64,000 nucleotides of DNA from an uncultured cyanobacterium (GTDB lineage: Bacteria; Cyanobacteriota; Cyanobacteriia; Cyanobacteriales; Nostocaceae). Both the position numbers and the translations under genes were made by a program. The notes under the pieces were generated by a model. That model ran no database searches. It saw only the letters and a list, made by a program, of their open reading frames with translations, and was not told where the DNA came from. The stretch lies in the NCBI GenBank assembly GCA_963706595.1, contig OY970166.1:1440001-1504000 (forward strand), written 5' to 3'. This document shows, piece after piece, positions 41,853-53,974 of the stretch (within the stretch, counting starts at the first letter, position 1; each line of letters begins with the position of its first letter).

Positions 41853-44052
41853 CTATTTGAGAAATAACATATTATTGGATTCATTTATTGAAAGTGTTTT
41901 TTCTATTAAAGTTAACCATTTTTCTTTGATTTGAGAATTTTCCACTAAAAATTTAAATTCTTCTGGCCGTACTTGTGTCCGAACTTCAAATAAGAAAATT
42001 CGCCATTCTTTCTTTGATTTTTCTGCCCGAAGCAGTCTATCTACAAATTCTTCTACCATTGCAAATGCAGCTTGACTGGGTTCTGGAAGCAAATCTTGCA
42101 ATGCTTGCTCACATTTATAAACTGCTTCTAGATAAATAACTTCTAATGTATCGAAAACATCCTGATCTGATGGATTTCTGGGAATGTGTACTGCTAAATT
42201 TGGAGTTAAACCATCAAGATGTTTGCGGATTCTATGCTGAACTAAGCCTCTGTATGAAATTTGAAAATCTGAGATAACTTGAAATCCTTCTTTAAGGCTA
42301 CTTAAGTTACTAGGTATTTGGTTGGCTACGGATTTAAGAAAATTAGAACCTCTTTCTCTTGTCAAACCTCCAAGAAAACACTTCTCAACCAAAACTTGTG
42401 TAACTTGAGCTTTTATTCCTTCTATAGTATGTTTTAATCCATCATCTAGAGATAGAAAGCGATAAGATAGCCTTGTGCGAATTTCATGCAAAAAGTCACT
42501 GTATGCAGATGAATAAGAACCACACTGATTAGCTTTTCTGTGAATTTCTTGAAGATTGGGAATACCAGGATTATTTCGACAGTCTTTAAAAATAGCTTCT
42601 AATGATTGCTTAAAATTTTCATCCCCTTCATCACGTCGGTTGCTTAATTTTTCTAATAGATCCTCTTTTAAACTATTTGTGATTGCATCCCAAAAATCAT
42701 CAAACAAATCATTAAACAAATTAAAAAATATAGTTTCGTCTGAGGTTATCAACATTTTATTAAAAATGCCTCGTACTTTGCACAATGCTTCTTTCACCGT
42801 ATTCTGAAGCTCGGTAATATTCTTTTGACAATCAGCAGCATAGTTTTGATCTAAAGACTCAATATGATTAGTCAGATAGTTGAGAATTATATCAAAAACT
42901 CTGTTAGCATCATCTGAATTGGAGCAATCAGCTATTTCACACTGGACAACTTTTATGGTATCAATAGTTGACTTGAGCTTTTCACAGCCTTCCAGGTTAT
43001 CAGTCCTAACACTATGATTGAGAACCATGAAAGACCTGTCTGACAGATTATTCATAGCTTTTGCTGCTTTATCATAAAAGTCTGTATCTAATTTATCCCA
43101 TTGATATCTTAATGAATCTGGTCTGCGGATGAATAAAACTACATCAACTTGATTTCCTAAAGTATTTAAAATCAGGCTCATCTCCCAATTTGGAGTCCCC
43201 TAAACCTGGTAAATCTACTAAAGATATTTGTCCGACATCTGAATTTTTAAAAGGACATAATATTTTGACTTCTCGTACTGCTAGATGTTCAAAAGTAAGT
43301 AAATTATCATAGTGATCACGTTTTTGAATGACATATTTGGAAATTTCTTCTTTTTTAATGATTAATCTACGGGGAAGTCCCGGCTGAAGTAAATGTTGGT
43401 ATTGATTTATATTAGAATGATAATCATCTTTGAGATGTTTGTACATTCTTTCATTGGTAGCACTAGCTCTTTCATTGGTAGCATTAGCATCGATTACTTG
43501 AGTTTGAGGAAATTTTTGCAGAGCAAAATCATTCAGGTTTAGGGGTTTATTTTCCAAACCTAGCTCTTTATAGTAAGGATAAATTACTTCTTCAAGAAAG
43601 GAGTTTTCTGAATGTATGATAACTTCAGTTACAATTTCTCCTTGGTGATTTTCAATAGTGCTGCGAACAGCAGTACAAGCGCCTCCTTTTAATGCTGGAA
43701 TTTCATTATCAGTGAGTCCACTTAAACTTTTAAGTAGTGTACTTTTTCCCTGTCCCATGAATCCAATCACTCCAATATTAAGAGTGTGGCGAGAAATCCG
43801 TTCTCGAAGAGTGCCAATTTTTTGACATTCGTCATCAATTTTCTTGTGAATTTCTGTAAAATCTAGTTCTTGTAAAGATTGTTTAACATTGCAGTCCTCA
43901 ACTCTTGTTAGTAGTTCATTGCGGTAAGCTTCTAAATTTTTAAGTTCTGAGGAAAGAGATTTTAAATTAGCCTCAGTATCGGCAATTTTGTTTACCAAAG
44001 GACGACGCTTTTCAATAATGCTGGCTATTTTCCTAGTTCTATCTGTGTTCAT
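41853..44052 (-). pseudogene. Dynamin-like GTPase split by a frameshift near 43175-43181 (pseudogene, sequencing error or genuine split gene)
   Basis: ORF 43144-44052: coiled coil, G1 GFMGQGKST, G2 CTAV, G3 DLPGLGD. ORF 41853-43181 continues the same G-domain (LGNQVDVVLFIR, FMVLN) and a long helical region. Confidence 0.75.
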
Positions 44053-44286
44053 TGGATGATGTATAAATATTACTTCAGCACTGATCTATAGTTAGGGAAA
44101 AGCTAAAAGAGGCAAATTTTAAAATAACATCCTAAAAATAGACCTTTTATCTCCCTAAAGCTATTGTTCCCACATAAATTCAAAAATGAACACTTCGTGA
44201 TGATGTAATTTATGGATAAAAAAAATGGACACTGATAAATCGGTGTTTATCTGTGTCCATCTGTGGTTGATTAAATTACCCGAAAA

Positions 44287-45906
44287 TTATTCCCATTCTA
44301 TGGTTCCAGGTGGCTTGGAGGTAATATCATAAACCACACGGTTAACACCTTTCACTTCATTAACAATGCGGTTAGAAATGTCTTCTAATATATCGTAAGG
44401 TATGCGCGCCCAGTCAGCAGTCATACCATCTTCACTGGTAACTATGCGGAGGACAATGGGGTAAGCATAGGTACGTTTATCACCCATTACGCCAACACTG
44501 CGAATTGGTAATAATACGGCAAAGGCTTGCCAAAAATCGTGATATAAACCACGTTTGTTAATTTCTTGGCGAACAATTAAATCAGCATCACGGAGAATAT
44601 TTAACCGTTCGGGGGTGACTTCCCCTAAAATACGAATTGCTAAACCAGGGCCGGGGAAGGGTTGGCGTTGGACAATTTCTTCTGGTAAACCAATGGAACG
44701 CCCCACTTTGCGGACTTCATCTTTAAAGAGTTTCCGCAATGGTTCTACAAGTTTAAACCGCAAGTCTTTCGGTAAACCACCAACGTTATGATGACTCTTA
44801 ATTTTTACTGCTACCCGTTCGCCAGTTTTGGGGTCTACGTTGGTATCAGCAGACTCGATGACATCGGGATATAGTGTACCTTGGGCTAAATAGTCAAAGT
44901 GTCCCAGGCGTTTGGATGTTTCTTCAAATACTTGGATAAATTCATGTCCGATGCGGCGGCGTTTTTCTTCGGGGTCGGTGATCCCCTCTATCATGTTGAG
45001 AAAGCGATCGCGCGCCATGACATATTCTACAGGAATATGAAACTGTTCTTTAAATAGTTTCAATAACCGTTCTGGCTCTAATTTACGCATAAAGCCTTGG
45101 TCAATAAACACACAGGTCAATTGCTCCCCAATAGCTTTATACAACAAAAACGCCAAGGTGGAAGAATCAACTCCCCCAGATAAGGCTAACAGTACCCGCT
45201 TATCACCAACTCTGGCGCGAATTTCCCGAATTGCTTCTTCAACAAATGCCTCTGTTGTCCAAGTAGGTTCACAATCGCAGATATGATAAACAAAGTTGCG
45301 AATTAATGGTAAACCACCCAGAGAATGTACTACTTCGGGATGGAACTGGACACCATATAGTTTCTTTTCGTGGTCAGCGATCGCCGCACAGGGAGTATTA
45401 TCTGTATGGGCTAACAATTCAAACCCTGGTGGCATTTTGGTGACTGAATCTCCGTGACTCATCCACATGGTAGTCCCATCTTCGACGTTAGTTAATAAGT
45501 CGGTGGGGTCATCTATATATAATGATGCTTTGCCATACTCACCTCGATCAGCTTTGGCTACTTCCCCATCAAGTTGGTTAACCATCAACTGCATTCCATA
45601 GCAAACACCCAGGATGGGAATGCCTAAATTCCAGATTTCTGGATCACAATGGGGAGCGTGATCATCATAAACTGAACTTGGTCCACCGGAAAGAATGATG
45701 CCTTTGGGATTTAGTTTTCGTAAATGTTCAGGTGTCGTGCGATAAGAGAGAACTTCGGAGTATACTTGAGTTTCTCGTATCCGACGCGCAATTAGTTCGG
45801 AATATTGCGAGCCGAAGTCTAGAATTACAATGATTTGACGATCTAGCCGCCCCAAATTTTCCGTTTGAGGCGCTTGTTCGGTTTGTAGAGTCACCGCTGT
45901 ATTCAT
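44287..45906 (-). CDS. guaA: GMP synthase (glutamine-hydrolysing)
   Basis: [42 protein letters not shown]. Confidence 0.98.
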   Translation of the reverse strand: MNTAVTLQTEQAPQTENLGRLDRQIIVILDFGSQYSELIARRIRETQVYSEVLSYRTTPEHLRKLNPKGIILSGGPSSVYDDHAPHCDPEIWNLGIPILGVCYGMQLMVNQLDGEVAKADRGEYGKASLYIDDPTDLLTNVEDGTTMWMSHGDSVTKMPPGFELLAHTDNTPCAAIADHEKKLYGVQFHPEVVHSLGGLPLIRNFVYHICDCEPTWTTEAFVEEAIREIRARVGDKRVLLALSGGVDSSTLAFLLYKAIGEQLTCVFIDQGFMRKLEPERLLKLFKEQFHIPVEYVMARDRFLNMIEGITDPEEKRRRIGHEFIQVFEETSKRLGHFDYLAQGTLYPDVIESADTNVDPKTGERVAVKIKSHHNVGGLPKDLRFKLVEPLRKLFKDEVRKVGRSIGLPEEIVQRQPFPGPGLAIRILGEVTPERLNILRDADLIVRQEINKRGLYHDFWQAFAVLLPIRSVGVMGDKRTYAYPIVLRIVTSEDGMTADWARIPYDILEDISNRIVNEVKGVNRVVYDITSKPPGTIEWE

Positions 45907-46138
45907 GATGGGGGGAGTTGTAGATGTAAGGTAGATGTTCGTTCTTTGGTCTAAACTAGATCCCACTTATCGCCTGGTTGAGCTGGTAAATGGTTGGTTG
46001 AGTGGATAGCCCACAAACGCGAGGTTGAACGCGCTTGCTAGCCTATGCTGATGGCATGGTATTAAAAAGAATGATTTAACTGAGAATGACTACGGAAAAA
46101 AATATGTATTTGGATTATTTATGATTATTCATAATAAA

Positions 46139-47254
46139 TTAACACAATTTTTCCATTAAGATACAACCGATTTTGCTCTTGATGATAATTTGGCGATCGC
46201 GATCAAAAAGCATCGAGCCGCAGACTGTGGTATCTTTACCTCTACTGCTATGACTTTGAATGTATTCTAAAGAACGCGTATCAATAGCTTGAGCGATCGC
46301 ACTATAAATTTGATTCACCCAATCGCTACCTGTGTCAGCATCTAAAGATTTTAAGTATTTTAATGCTGCTTCAGCTGTAGAACTATTAAATACAGTGTGT
46401 ATGTCTTCTGATTTTAAACCTACGAGGGCGCAATGGGCGGCTAAAATTTCCCGCCGACCATCAGCCAAGTGATGATGGGTGTGAAAAATTCCCCCGGCTA
46501 ATTTCATCAGCTTCCCGTGATAGCCAAATAATAAGATTTCTTTAACACCCAAAACATCAGCTTCTACTAACAGTGGTCCGAGCCAGTTAGCAGTTTTTAC
46601 CAGTTGTTCGGGATTAATACCGAGTTTACGCGCCAAATCCAGACCATTTTCACCAATACAAAAGACCAAAGTTTCAAACCGACTGGCTTTATCTTGTAAT
46701 TCGCTGCGAAAAGTGGCTAATTGATCTGGTGTACTTAAAGGTTGAGAAATACCAGTTGTCCCCAATAGCGAAAGTCCTTCCACCACACCAAAGGCAGAAT
46801 TAGAAGTACGAACAGCAAGCGATCGCCCTTCAGGTAGAATAATACTCACCGTGATTTTCTCTTCAGGTGCTAACATTCGGCTGAGGTTTTCTTGTAGCAA
46901 CCTTTGAGCATAAGCATAAATCGCCGGCTGATTACCAGCATTTAGCTGTATCCCAATCCCTTCCCCACCTTGAATAATTACACGTTCCCCGTCTCCGGTT
47001 CTCCATTCCACTAACGCCCAAATGGGAGTATTTCTAGTTAAATCGAGATTATCACCCGGTTCGCTACGAGTAATCGCCAAAGCCATATTTTCAGATAGTC
47101 CTGCTACCTGTTCAATCGGTATTTCTGCTAATTGCGCTGGTGAAATCAAATCCACCGACACAGATGTGAGAGGTTGACGATGGCGCAACCAGTGTAACGC
47201 CGCAATAGCCGAAGCACAGGCAAAAACCGGGAGAGTGTATCCAGAACGAGACAT
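46139..47254 (-). CDS. cbiD: Cobalt-precorrin-5B C1-methyltransferase
   Basis: RSGYTLP, GGEGIG, TSNSAFGVVEGLSLLGTTG, GKLMKLAGGIFHTH. Confidence 0.95.
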   Translation of the reverse strand: MSRSGYTLPVFACASAIAALHWLRHRQPLTSVSVDLISPAQLAEIPIEQVAGLSENMALAITRSEPGDNLDLTRNTPIWALVEWRTGDGERVIIQGGEGIGIQLNAGNQPAIYAYAQRLLQENLSRMLAPEEKITVSIILPEGRSLAVRTSNSAFGVVEGLSLLGTTGISQPLSTPDQLATFRSELQDKASRFETLVFCIGENGLDLARKLGINPEQLVKTANWLGPLLVEADVLGVKEILLFGYHGKLMKLAGGIFHTHHHLADGRREILAAHCALVGLKSEDIHTVFNSSTAEAALKYLKSLDADTGSDWVNQIYSAIAQAIDTRSLEYIQSHSSRGKDTTVCGSMLFDRDRQIIIKSKIGCILMEKLC

Positions 47255-47255
47255 T

Positions 47256-47431
47256 AGGGAATGGGGAGTGGGGAGTGGGGAGTGGGGGGGAGAAGAGGCA
47301 GGGGTGCAGGGAGCAGGGAGCAGGGGGGGAGAAGAGGCAGGGGTGCAGGGAGCAGGGAGCAGGGGGGAGAAGAAGGTAACTTCCCAATGACTAATGACTA
47401 ATGACTAATGACTAATGACTAATGACCAATG
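47256..47431 (+). repeat. Mixed STRR block: (GGGGAGT)n, duplicated ~40-nt GAGCAGG unit, (AATGACT)n
   Basis: Visible tandem arrays fill the intergenic region. Confidence 0.9.
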
Positions 47432-47721
47432 ACTTCAAAGAGTAAACCTTCCATGGCTTCCGCAGAAATTCCTTGTTGGATATAACTGGGGGATTCAGGA
47501 TTGTAAGGACTTTTGAGGCGGTCAACACTGATAATTATGGCTTCATCTGGAATAACTGGCACATCGGGGTCAAATGCAGTGGGACGCATCAAGGAACTAG
47601 AAAAACCTTTAAAAATGGCAATTTGATCTTGCTCATCAGCGATTTTCACAGTTACTAGTAAGACTTCTTGGGGGCGTTTAATGGTGTATTCTTCCAGCCG
47701 CTTACCAATGGAATTATTCAT
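47419..47721 (-). CDS. Conserved cyanobacterial hypothetical protein
   Basis: IFKGFSSSL..PTAFDPD and DRLKSPYNP motifs; operon-like spacing. Confidence 0.75.
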   Translation of the reverse strand: MNNSIGKRLEEYTIKRPQEVLLVTVKIADEQDQIAIFKGFSSSLMRPTAFDPDVPVIPDEAIIISVDRLKSPYNPESPSYIQQGISAEAMEGLLFEVIGH

Positions 47722-47727
47722 CTTTCC

Positions 47728-48321
47728 TTACTGTTGTGTCGCTGAACGTCCCTGTTTGCCCAGCTTAACCAGGACAAAGTAAGTCAAGCACACTATATAA
47801 ATTACTAAACTCACGATGCCCAAAAAGCCTAAAAAAGTAGGCGTGCTGTTGTAATGGAAATATTGTTTAAAGAGTAAGGGTGCTTCTAACCAAACTTGGC
47901 AATAAGGAGTTTTGATTGCGGTTTCTGACACAGCACACCCCAAAAATGGAATCAGTGCGATCGCACCTAAAATAGAATAAACAGTGATTCCCCAGCGCCA
48001 AGAGTTAAAAGTCAGCTTTAAAGGGGTATTTGCTTGATAATCGATTTCATCATTCAGATCAACCCAAAACCACAGGGAAATGGGAATTAAAATTCGCGCC
48101 ATCCAGCCGGAGAGAAAACCAACTGGATACTGAGCAATCATCAAGTAAATTGTGATGGCTAGCAGACTGGATACTCGCCAGTAGATGGTTAACAGGCGTT
48201 GCATCCCTTCGGCTTTTTGTACAAATGCCCAAATTAGCAGAATTAGCGGAATAAATACTAAAAATAACAATGCCAGTCGATAGTCAATCCAGACAAACTG
48301 GCGAAACCAAACTTCATTCAT
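47728..48321 (-). CDS. DUF3177 family membrane protein
   Basis: VWIDYRLA, YWRVSSLL, LWFWVDLNDE, KQGRSA. Confidence 0.85.
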   Translation of the reverse strand: MNEVWFRQFVWIDYRLALLFLVFIPLILLIWAFVQKAEGMQRLLTIYWRVSSLLAITIYLMIAQYPVGFLSGWMARILIPISLWFWVDLNDEIDYQANTPLKLTFNSWRWGITVYSILGAIALIPFLGCAVSETAIKTPYCQVWLEAPLLFKQYFHYNSTPTFLGFLGIVSLVIYIVCLTYFVLVKLGKQGRSATQQ

Positions 48322-48702
48322 AACTTTTTTTTAGATTAGCAATAATAAATTTAAATCAATTATTCTGAGACTTGCTTAATTTCTCGTAAAAAAAACAAGC
48401 AACTGGCAGAAGTTAAACTTAAATATCTGCCGTAATCCTACAGCGCCATCGGGAGAGTTACGGAACTCGCCCCGAAGTTATGAACTAGTAAGTCCAAAAA
48501 AACCCCAATCTTTAAGTTGCAAAGATGTTCGTATTCAGGATCATATACTCTGAATAGAAACTTCCTAGACTGATCCAAACCTAGAATTTCTCATAGGCAT
48601 GGGTTTAGACTGGATATGGGGTTAACGCCAAGGTGGAAGATATCAGTAAGTAGATTCTAGTTGCTTGCTGATGCGGCAAAAACAAATTTACCGACTCGCT
48701 TT

Positions 48703-48936
48703 CTAGTCTTCGTAAACCCGGCACTCAGCAGCTTCTGGGTTATCGTCACAGTACTGTTCTAGTGAATTTTTGGGCTTCTTGCTACGCTGGTGGGCGGCTT
48801 CAGCTTGTAGTTCTTCCACTGCATCCCAAGCAGCAGCACACTCAGCCGAGTTGCTACCTGAAACGTCACAGATAGTCCGAGCTTGTTCTACTTCTGTTTC
48901 GATTGTTTCTTGGATTTTTTCTTGGATGTCGCTCAT
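48703..48936 (-). CDS. cp12: Calvin cycle regulator CP12
   Basis: CAAAWDAVEEL and YCDDNPEAAECRVYED; both Cys pairs present. Confidence 0.97.
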   Translation of the reverse strand: MSDIQEKIQETIETEVEQARTICDVSGSNSAECAAAWDAVEELQAEAAHQRSKKPKNSLEQYCDDNPEAAECRVYED

Positions 48937-49206
48937 AGTTTAGTCTCTTTGTGTAATTTTCGTACCAGTATAGAAAAACTTGAAGAATGGCATCTTTTTG
49001 TTCTATCGTTAACCATTCTAACCACTTAGCAGTTACGTTAAGTATTTTAGCTTAATGATCCATCCTCAACACAACAGTTCGGGATCTAGAAAAGCATTAT
49101 TTGTAGTATCCGTACTATAAAAGTATAATCATACAATAGATTTAGTGTATGTAGTTGGGGCAAAATAAAATACTACTAGACTAACAAAAAAATTAGCCCA
49201 AAATTC

Positions 49207-50445
49207 ATGGCAGACCAAATGCAGTGGGCAAATGCCCTATCAACCCGTCCTTCTTTAGAAGCAGCTGTTACAGATGTAGTACAACAGGCTGTCTCGTCGT
49301 TAACAGTACCTGCTGATTTAGGGCTGGTATTCATTTCGTCTGCTTTTGCGAGTGAGTTTTCCCGGCTTTTACCTTTGCTGGCTGAACAACTTTCAGTACC
49401 GATAATGATTGGCTGTAGTGGTCTTGGGGTAATTGGGACTACAACTACAGGAGAACCTCAAGAATTAGAGTCACAACCTGCTATCAGCCTGACATTGGGG
49501 CATTTGCCGGGTGTAAATATGCAGGTTTTTCATGTTCTGGCAGAAGAATTACCTGATTTGGATAGTTCACCAGATGCTTGGATAGATGTAATTGGTGTGG
49601 AACCATCTCCCGCGCCCCAGTTCATTTTGCTGTCTAGTGCCTTTTCTTCAAGAATCAATGATTTATTGCAGGGGCTAGATTTTGCCTACCCTGGCTCGGT
49701 AATCATTGGGGGACAAGCTAGTTCTGGGGGTGCAAATAGTCAGATAGCTCTGTTTTGTCATGATGCTGAAGGGGGGCAGTACCAACGCCTGTATCGTGAG
49801 GGAACAGTGGGCTTGGCATTAAGTGGCAATATTGTTTTAGAAACTATTGTGGCTCAAGGGTGCAGACCCATCGGCCAGCCGATGCAAGTCACAAAAGCTG
49901 AACGTAATATCATTCTGGAACTGGATGAAAAAGTGCCTCTGGTGGTATTACGAAATTTGATTAGTAGCCTGAGTGAACAAGATCGAATGCTGGCACAGCA
50001 CTCTTTGTTTGTGGGCATAGTGATGGATCAATTTAAGCTTTCTTTACAGCAGGGAGATTTTTTAATTCGCAGCATCTTGGGGGTAGATCCATCTGCTGGG
50101 GCGATCGCGATTGGAGATGTTGCTCGTCCTGGTCAACGCTTACAATTTCAACTACGTGATGCCGAAGCCTCGGCTGAAGACCTGGAATTACTTCTAGAAC
50201 GGTATCAAAATCAACAACTTTCCCAGCCCTCGGCGGCGGCGGCTTTCATGTTTTCCTGTGTCGGTCGTGGTGAAGGTCTTTACGGCAAGTCCAATTTTGA
50301 TTCGGAGTTATTTAGACGCTACATTCACGATATACCCATGGGTGGCTTTTTCTGTAATGGCGAAATCGGCCCTGTTGGTGGTAGTACCTTTGTACATGGC
50401 TACACCTCAGTTTTTGGCATTTGCCGCCAAATGACTGCTGAGTAA
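49207..50445 (+). CDS. FIST (NosP-related) domain protein
   Basis: GCSG, VAQGCRPIG, FSCVGRG, GFFCNGEIGP, HGYT. Confidence 0.92.
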   Translation: MADQMQWANALSTRPSLEAAVTDVVQQAVSSLTVPADLGLVFISSAFASEFSRLLPLLAEQLSVPIMIGCSGLGVIGTTTTGEPQELESQPAISLTLGHLPGVNMQVFHVLAEELPDLDSSPDAWIDVIGVEPSPAPQFILLSSAFSSRINDLLQGLDFAYPGSVIIGGQASSGGANSQIALFCHDAEGGQYQRLYREGTVGLALSGNIVLETIVAQGCRPIGQPMQVTKAERNIILELDEKVPLVVLRNLISSLSEQDRMLAQHSLFVGIVMDQFKLSLQQGDFLIRSILGVDPSAGAIAIGDVARPGQRLQFQLRDAEASAEDLELLLERYQNQQLSQPSAAAAFMFSCVGRGEGLYGKSNFDSELFRRYIHDIPMGGFFCNGEIGPVGGSTFVHGYTSVFGICRQMTAE

Positions 50446-50456
50446 GTTTCTTTGTG

Positions 50457-51626
<1,170 letters not shown>

Positions 51627-52139
51627 TGATTTATATGATAATGTGAGAAGATTGCTAAAAACCCTTTTCTACAAAGTATAACGCTTGCTTGTAAATCTTG
51701 TTTATTACCACTTGTAAGTCAGATTTGTCTCTAATTAGGTCTGATGAGGAATATGAATTAAATAACTTGCAAAGAAAGGTTTTTGACCTCACACCGTCTT
51801 TGACTTGAGTAAAACTCTCCCCTCTCCTTGATCAGGAAACGGGTTAGGGGTGAAGTTCTATATTTTATTAAATTTGCACACTTTCTGCTTGCTTGATTTT
51901 TCTGATTTATTCCGGCTTTATAGCTACCTAGATACTTTAAGTTTAGAAAAAAAATAATGGCATAAAGCAAATTTAATTAAGTCATAAATCCAAAGATCCC
52001 CCACTTTTTGAAGAAATCGGGGATCAGATCCAATGTTTGTGTTGGCAGAAAGTAATATCATGAGTATTGCGATCGCTTCGCAGCGCTGACGCGATCGCCT
52101 ATTCACGCTCGTTTTCTGAACCAAGGAGAAGTATCAATT

Positions 52140-52787
52140 TTGGCAGTAGTCCGAGTCCGCCAACACGTAAACCCACTGGCTAAAAAGTATCAAACGCCAG
52201 CAAATGCCCTAGAATGGGAAAAAGTTTATCCACAGCCAAACCAACCACTACATTTAGATATTGGCTGCGCTAAGGGCAGGTTTTTGGTGCAAATGGCGCA
52301 AATAGAAACCGACTGGAATTTTCTGGGTTTAGAAATTCGGGAACCGTTGGTGGTAGAAGCGAATCAGTTACGCTGTGAGTTGGGTTTAACAAATCTCCAT
52401 TATTTATTTTGCAATGTGAATAACTCGTTGAAGTCGCTGTTAACTTCTCTACCTACAGGCACTTTACAGCGTGTAAGCATTCAATTTCCTGATCCTTGGT
52501 TTAAAAACCGCCATGCTAAACGCCGAGTAGTACAACCGGAATTAGTGGCAGAATTAGCTCATTATCTGGCGGTTGGGGGCGTTGTGTTTCTGCAATCAGA
52601 TATTGAGTTTGTCGCCGTGGAAATGCGCGATCGCTTTGCCGAAAATCCCGCTTTTGAGCGAGTGGGTACAGCAGAATGGTTAACACAAAACCCTTTACCA
52701 GTACCGACAGAACGGGAAATAGGGACTCAAAATAAAGGTGAACCAGTATATCGGGCTATGTTTGTCAAAAAAACTTCAACACCCTAA
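52140..52787 (+). CDS. trmB: tRNA (guanine-N7)-methyltransferase
   Basis: [32 protein letters not shown]. Confidence 0.96.
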   Translation: MAVVRVRQHVNPLAKKYQTPANALEWEKVYPQPNQPLHLDIGCAKGRFLVQMAQIETDWNFLGLEIREPLVVEANQLRCELGLTNLHYLFCNVNNSLKSLLTSLPTGTLQRVSIQFPDPWFKNRHAKRRVVQPELVAELAHYLAVGGVVFLQSDIEFVAVEMRDRFAENPAFERVGTAEWLTQNPLPVPTEREIGTQNKGEPVYRAMFVKKTSTP

Positions 52788-52851
52788 TTTATCTGTAATT
52801 TGCTAAAATTTCCTCAACGATAATTTTAAAACAGGGCAACTCTTCATCACT

Positions 52852-53835
52852 ATGCCAACATCTGCAACTGACGCTCAAGACGCAGCAGCGATCCAAGCCG
52901 CAACAGCAGGGGTTGCTGTATGCGATCGCTCGCATTGGGGGCGCATCCGGGTTTCTGATGATGACCGTCTGCGGTTTTTACACAATCAAAGCACTAACGA
53001 TTTCCAAAGCCTCCAGCCAGGACAAGGCTGTGATACCGTAATGGTGTCATCCACTGCCCGCACCATTGACCTAGTGAGTGCATACATTCTAGAAGATGCA
53101 GTTCTATTACTAACTTCCCCTAGCCGTCGTCAATCTCTCTTCCAATGGCTAGATCGGTATATCTTTTATGCTGATAAAGTGCAACTAAAAGATGTCACAG
53201 ATGAAACATCAACCTTTAGCCTCATCGGGGCAAAAAGTGATGCAATTGTGGAAAAATTGGGTGCTGGGGCGATTATTGGTAAACCCTATGGTAATCATCT
53301 AAAAATTGACGGGGTAATGGTGGCTGTGGGTAGCGGCTTGGCTGAACCAGGATATACGCTGATTTTGCCCAATTCACAAAAAGCGCAAGTATGGCAGCAG
53401 ATTTTAGAATTAGGGGCAGTAGAATTGAGCGATCGCGCCTGGGATATGTTACGTATTTTACAAGGAAGACCAGCCCCAGATGCGGAACTTACAGATGATT
53501 ATAATCCTTTAGAAGTGGGTTTATGGCAAACTATTTCTTTTAACAAAGGTTGTTATATCGGTCAAGAAACCATCGCCCGGTTAAATACATATAAAGGTGT
53601 AAAACAGTACCTCTGGGGTATCCGGCTGAATGCACCAGTGGAAGTTGGCAGTGCGATTACAGTTGGGGATGAAAAAGTTGGTAAGCTGACCAGTTATACT
53701 GAAACTGCAAATGGTCATTTTGGACTAGGTTACATTCGCAGCAAAGCTGGTGGTGTAGGTTTAAAAGTCCAAGTCGGAGAAACTGAAGGTGAAGTTGTAG
53801 AAATACCATTTGTTTCTCATGAATACCCACAATAA
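52852..53835 (+). CDS. ygfZ: Folate-binding Fe-S/tRNA-modifying protein YgfZ
   Basis: KGCYIGQE signature; GcvT-like fold. Confidence 0.93.
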   Translation: MPTSATDAQDAAAIQAATAGVAVCDRSHWGRIRVSDDDRLRFLHNQSTNDFQSLQPGQGCDTVMVSSTARTIDLVSAYILEDAVLLLTSPSRRQSLFQWLDRYIFYADKVQLKDVTDETSTFSLIGAKSDAIVEKLGAGAIIGKPYGNHLKIDGVMVAVGSGLAEPGYTLILPNSQKAQVWQQILELGAVELSDRAWDMLRILQGRPAPDAELTDDYNPLEVGLWQTISFNKGCYIGQETIARLNTYKGVKQYLWGIRLNAPVEVGSAITVGDEKVGKLTSYTETANGHFGLGYIRSKAGGVGLKVQVGETEGEVVEIPFVSHEYPQ

Positions 53836-53974
53836 ACAATTAAAAATTCAAAAGATAAATATAAAATTTCCTCCTATGTTAATTACATATTCATCTGCGT
53901 TCATCTGTGTTTATCTGCGTTAAATAAATCTTCTCTAACCCATTCTATCCTCGCCAGTTTCCCCAAATAAAATC

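Noticed and set aside
47112..47387. 91-aa ORF with PPAPCSLHPCLFS repeats
   Set aside because: Translation of STRR arrays, overlapping cbiD out of frame.
48451..48476. Hairpin CGGGAGAGTT-ACGG-AACTCGCCCCG between DUF3177 and cp12
   Set aside because: A single imperfect hairpin is not enough to call an ncRNA.
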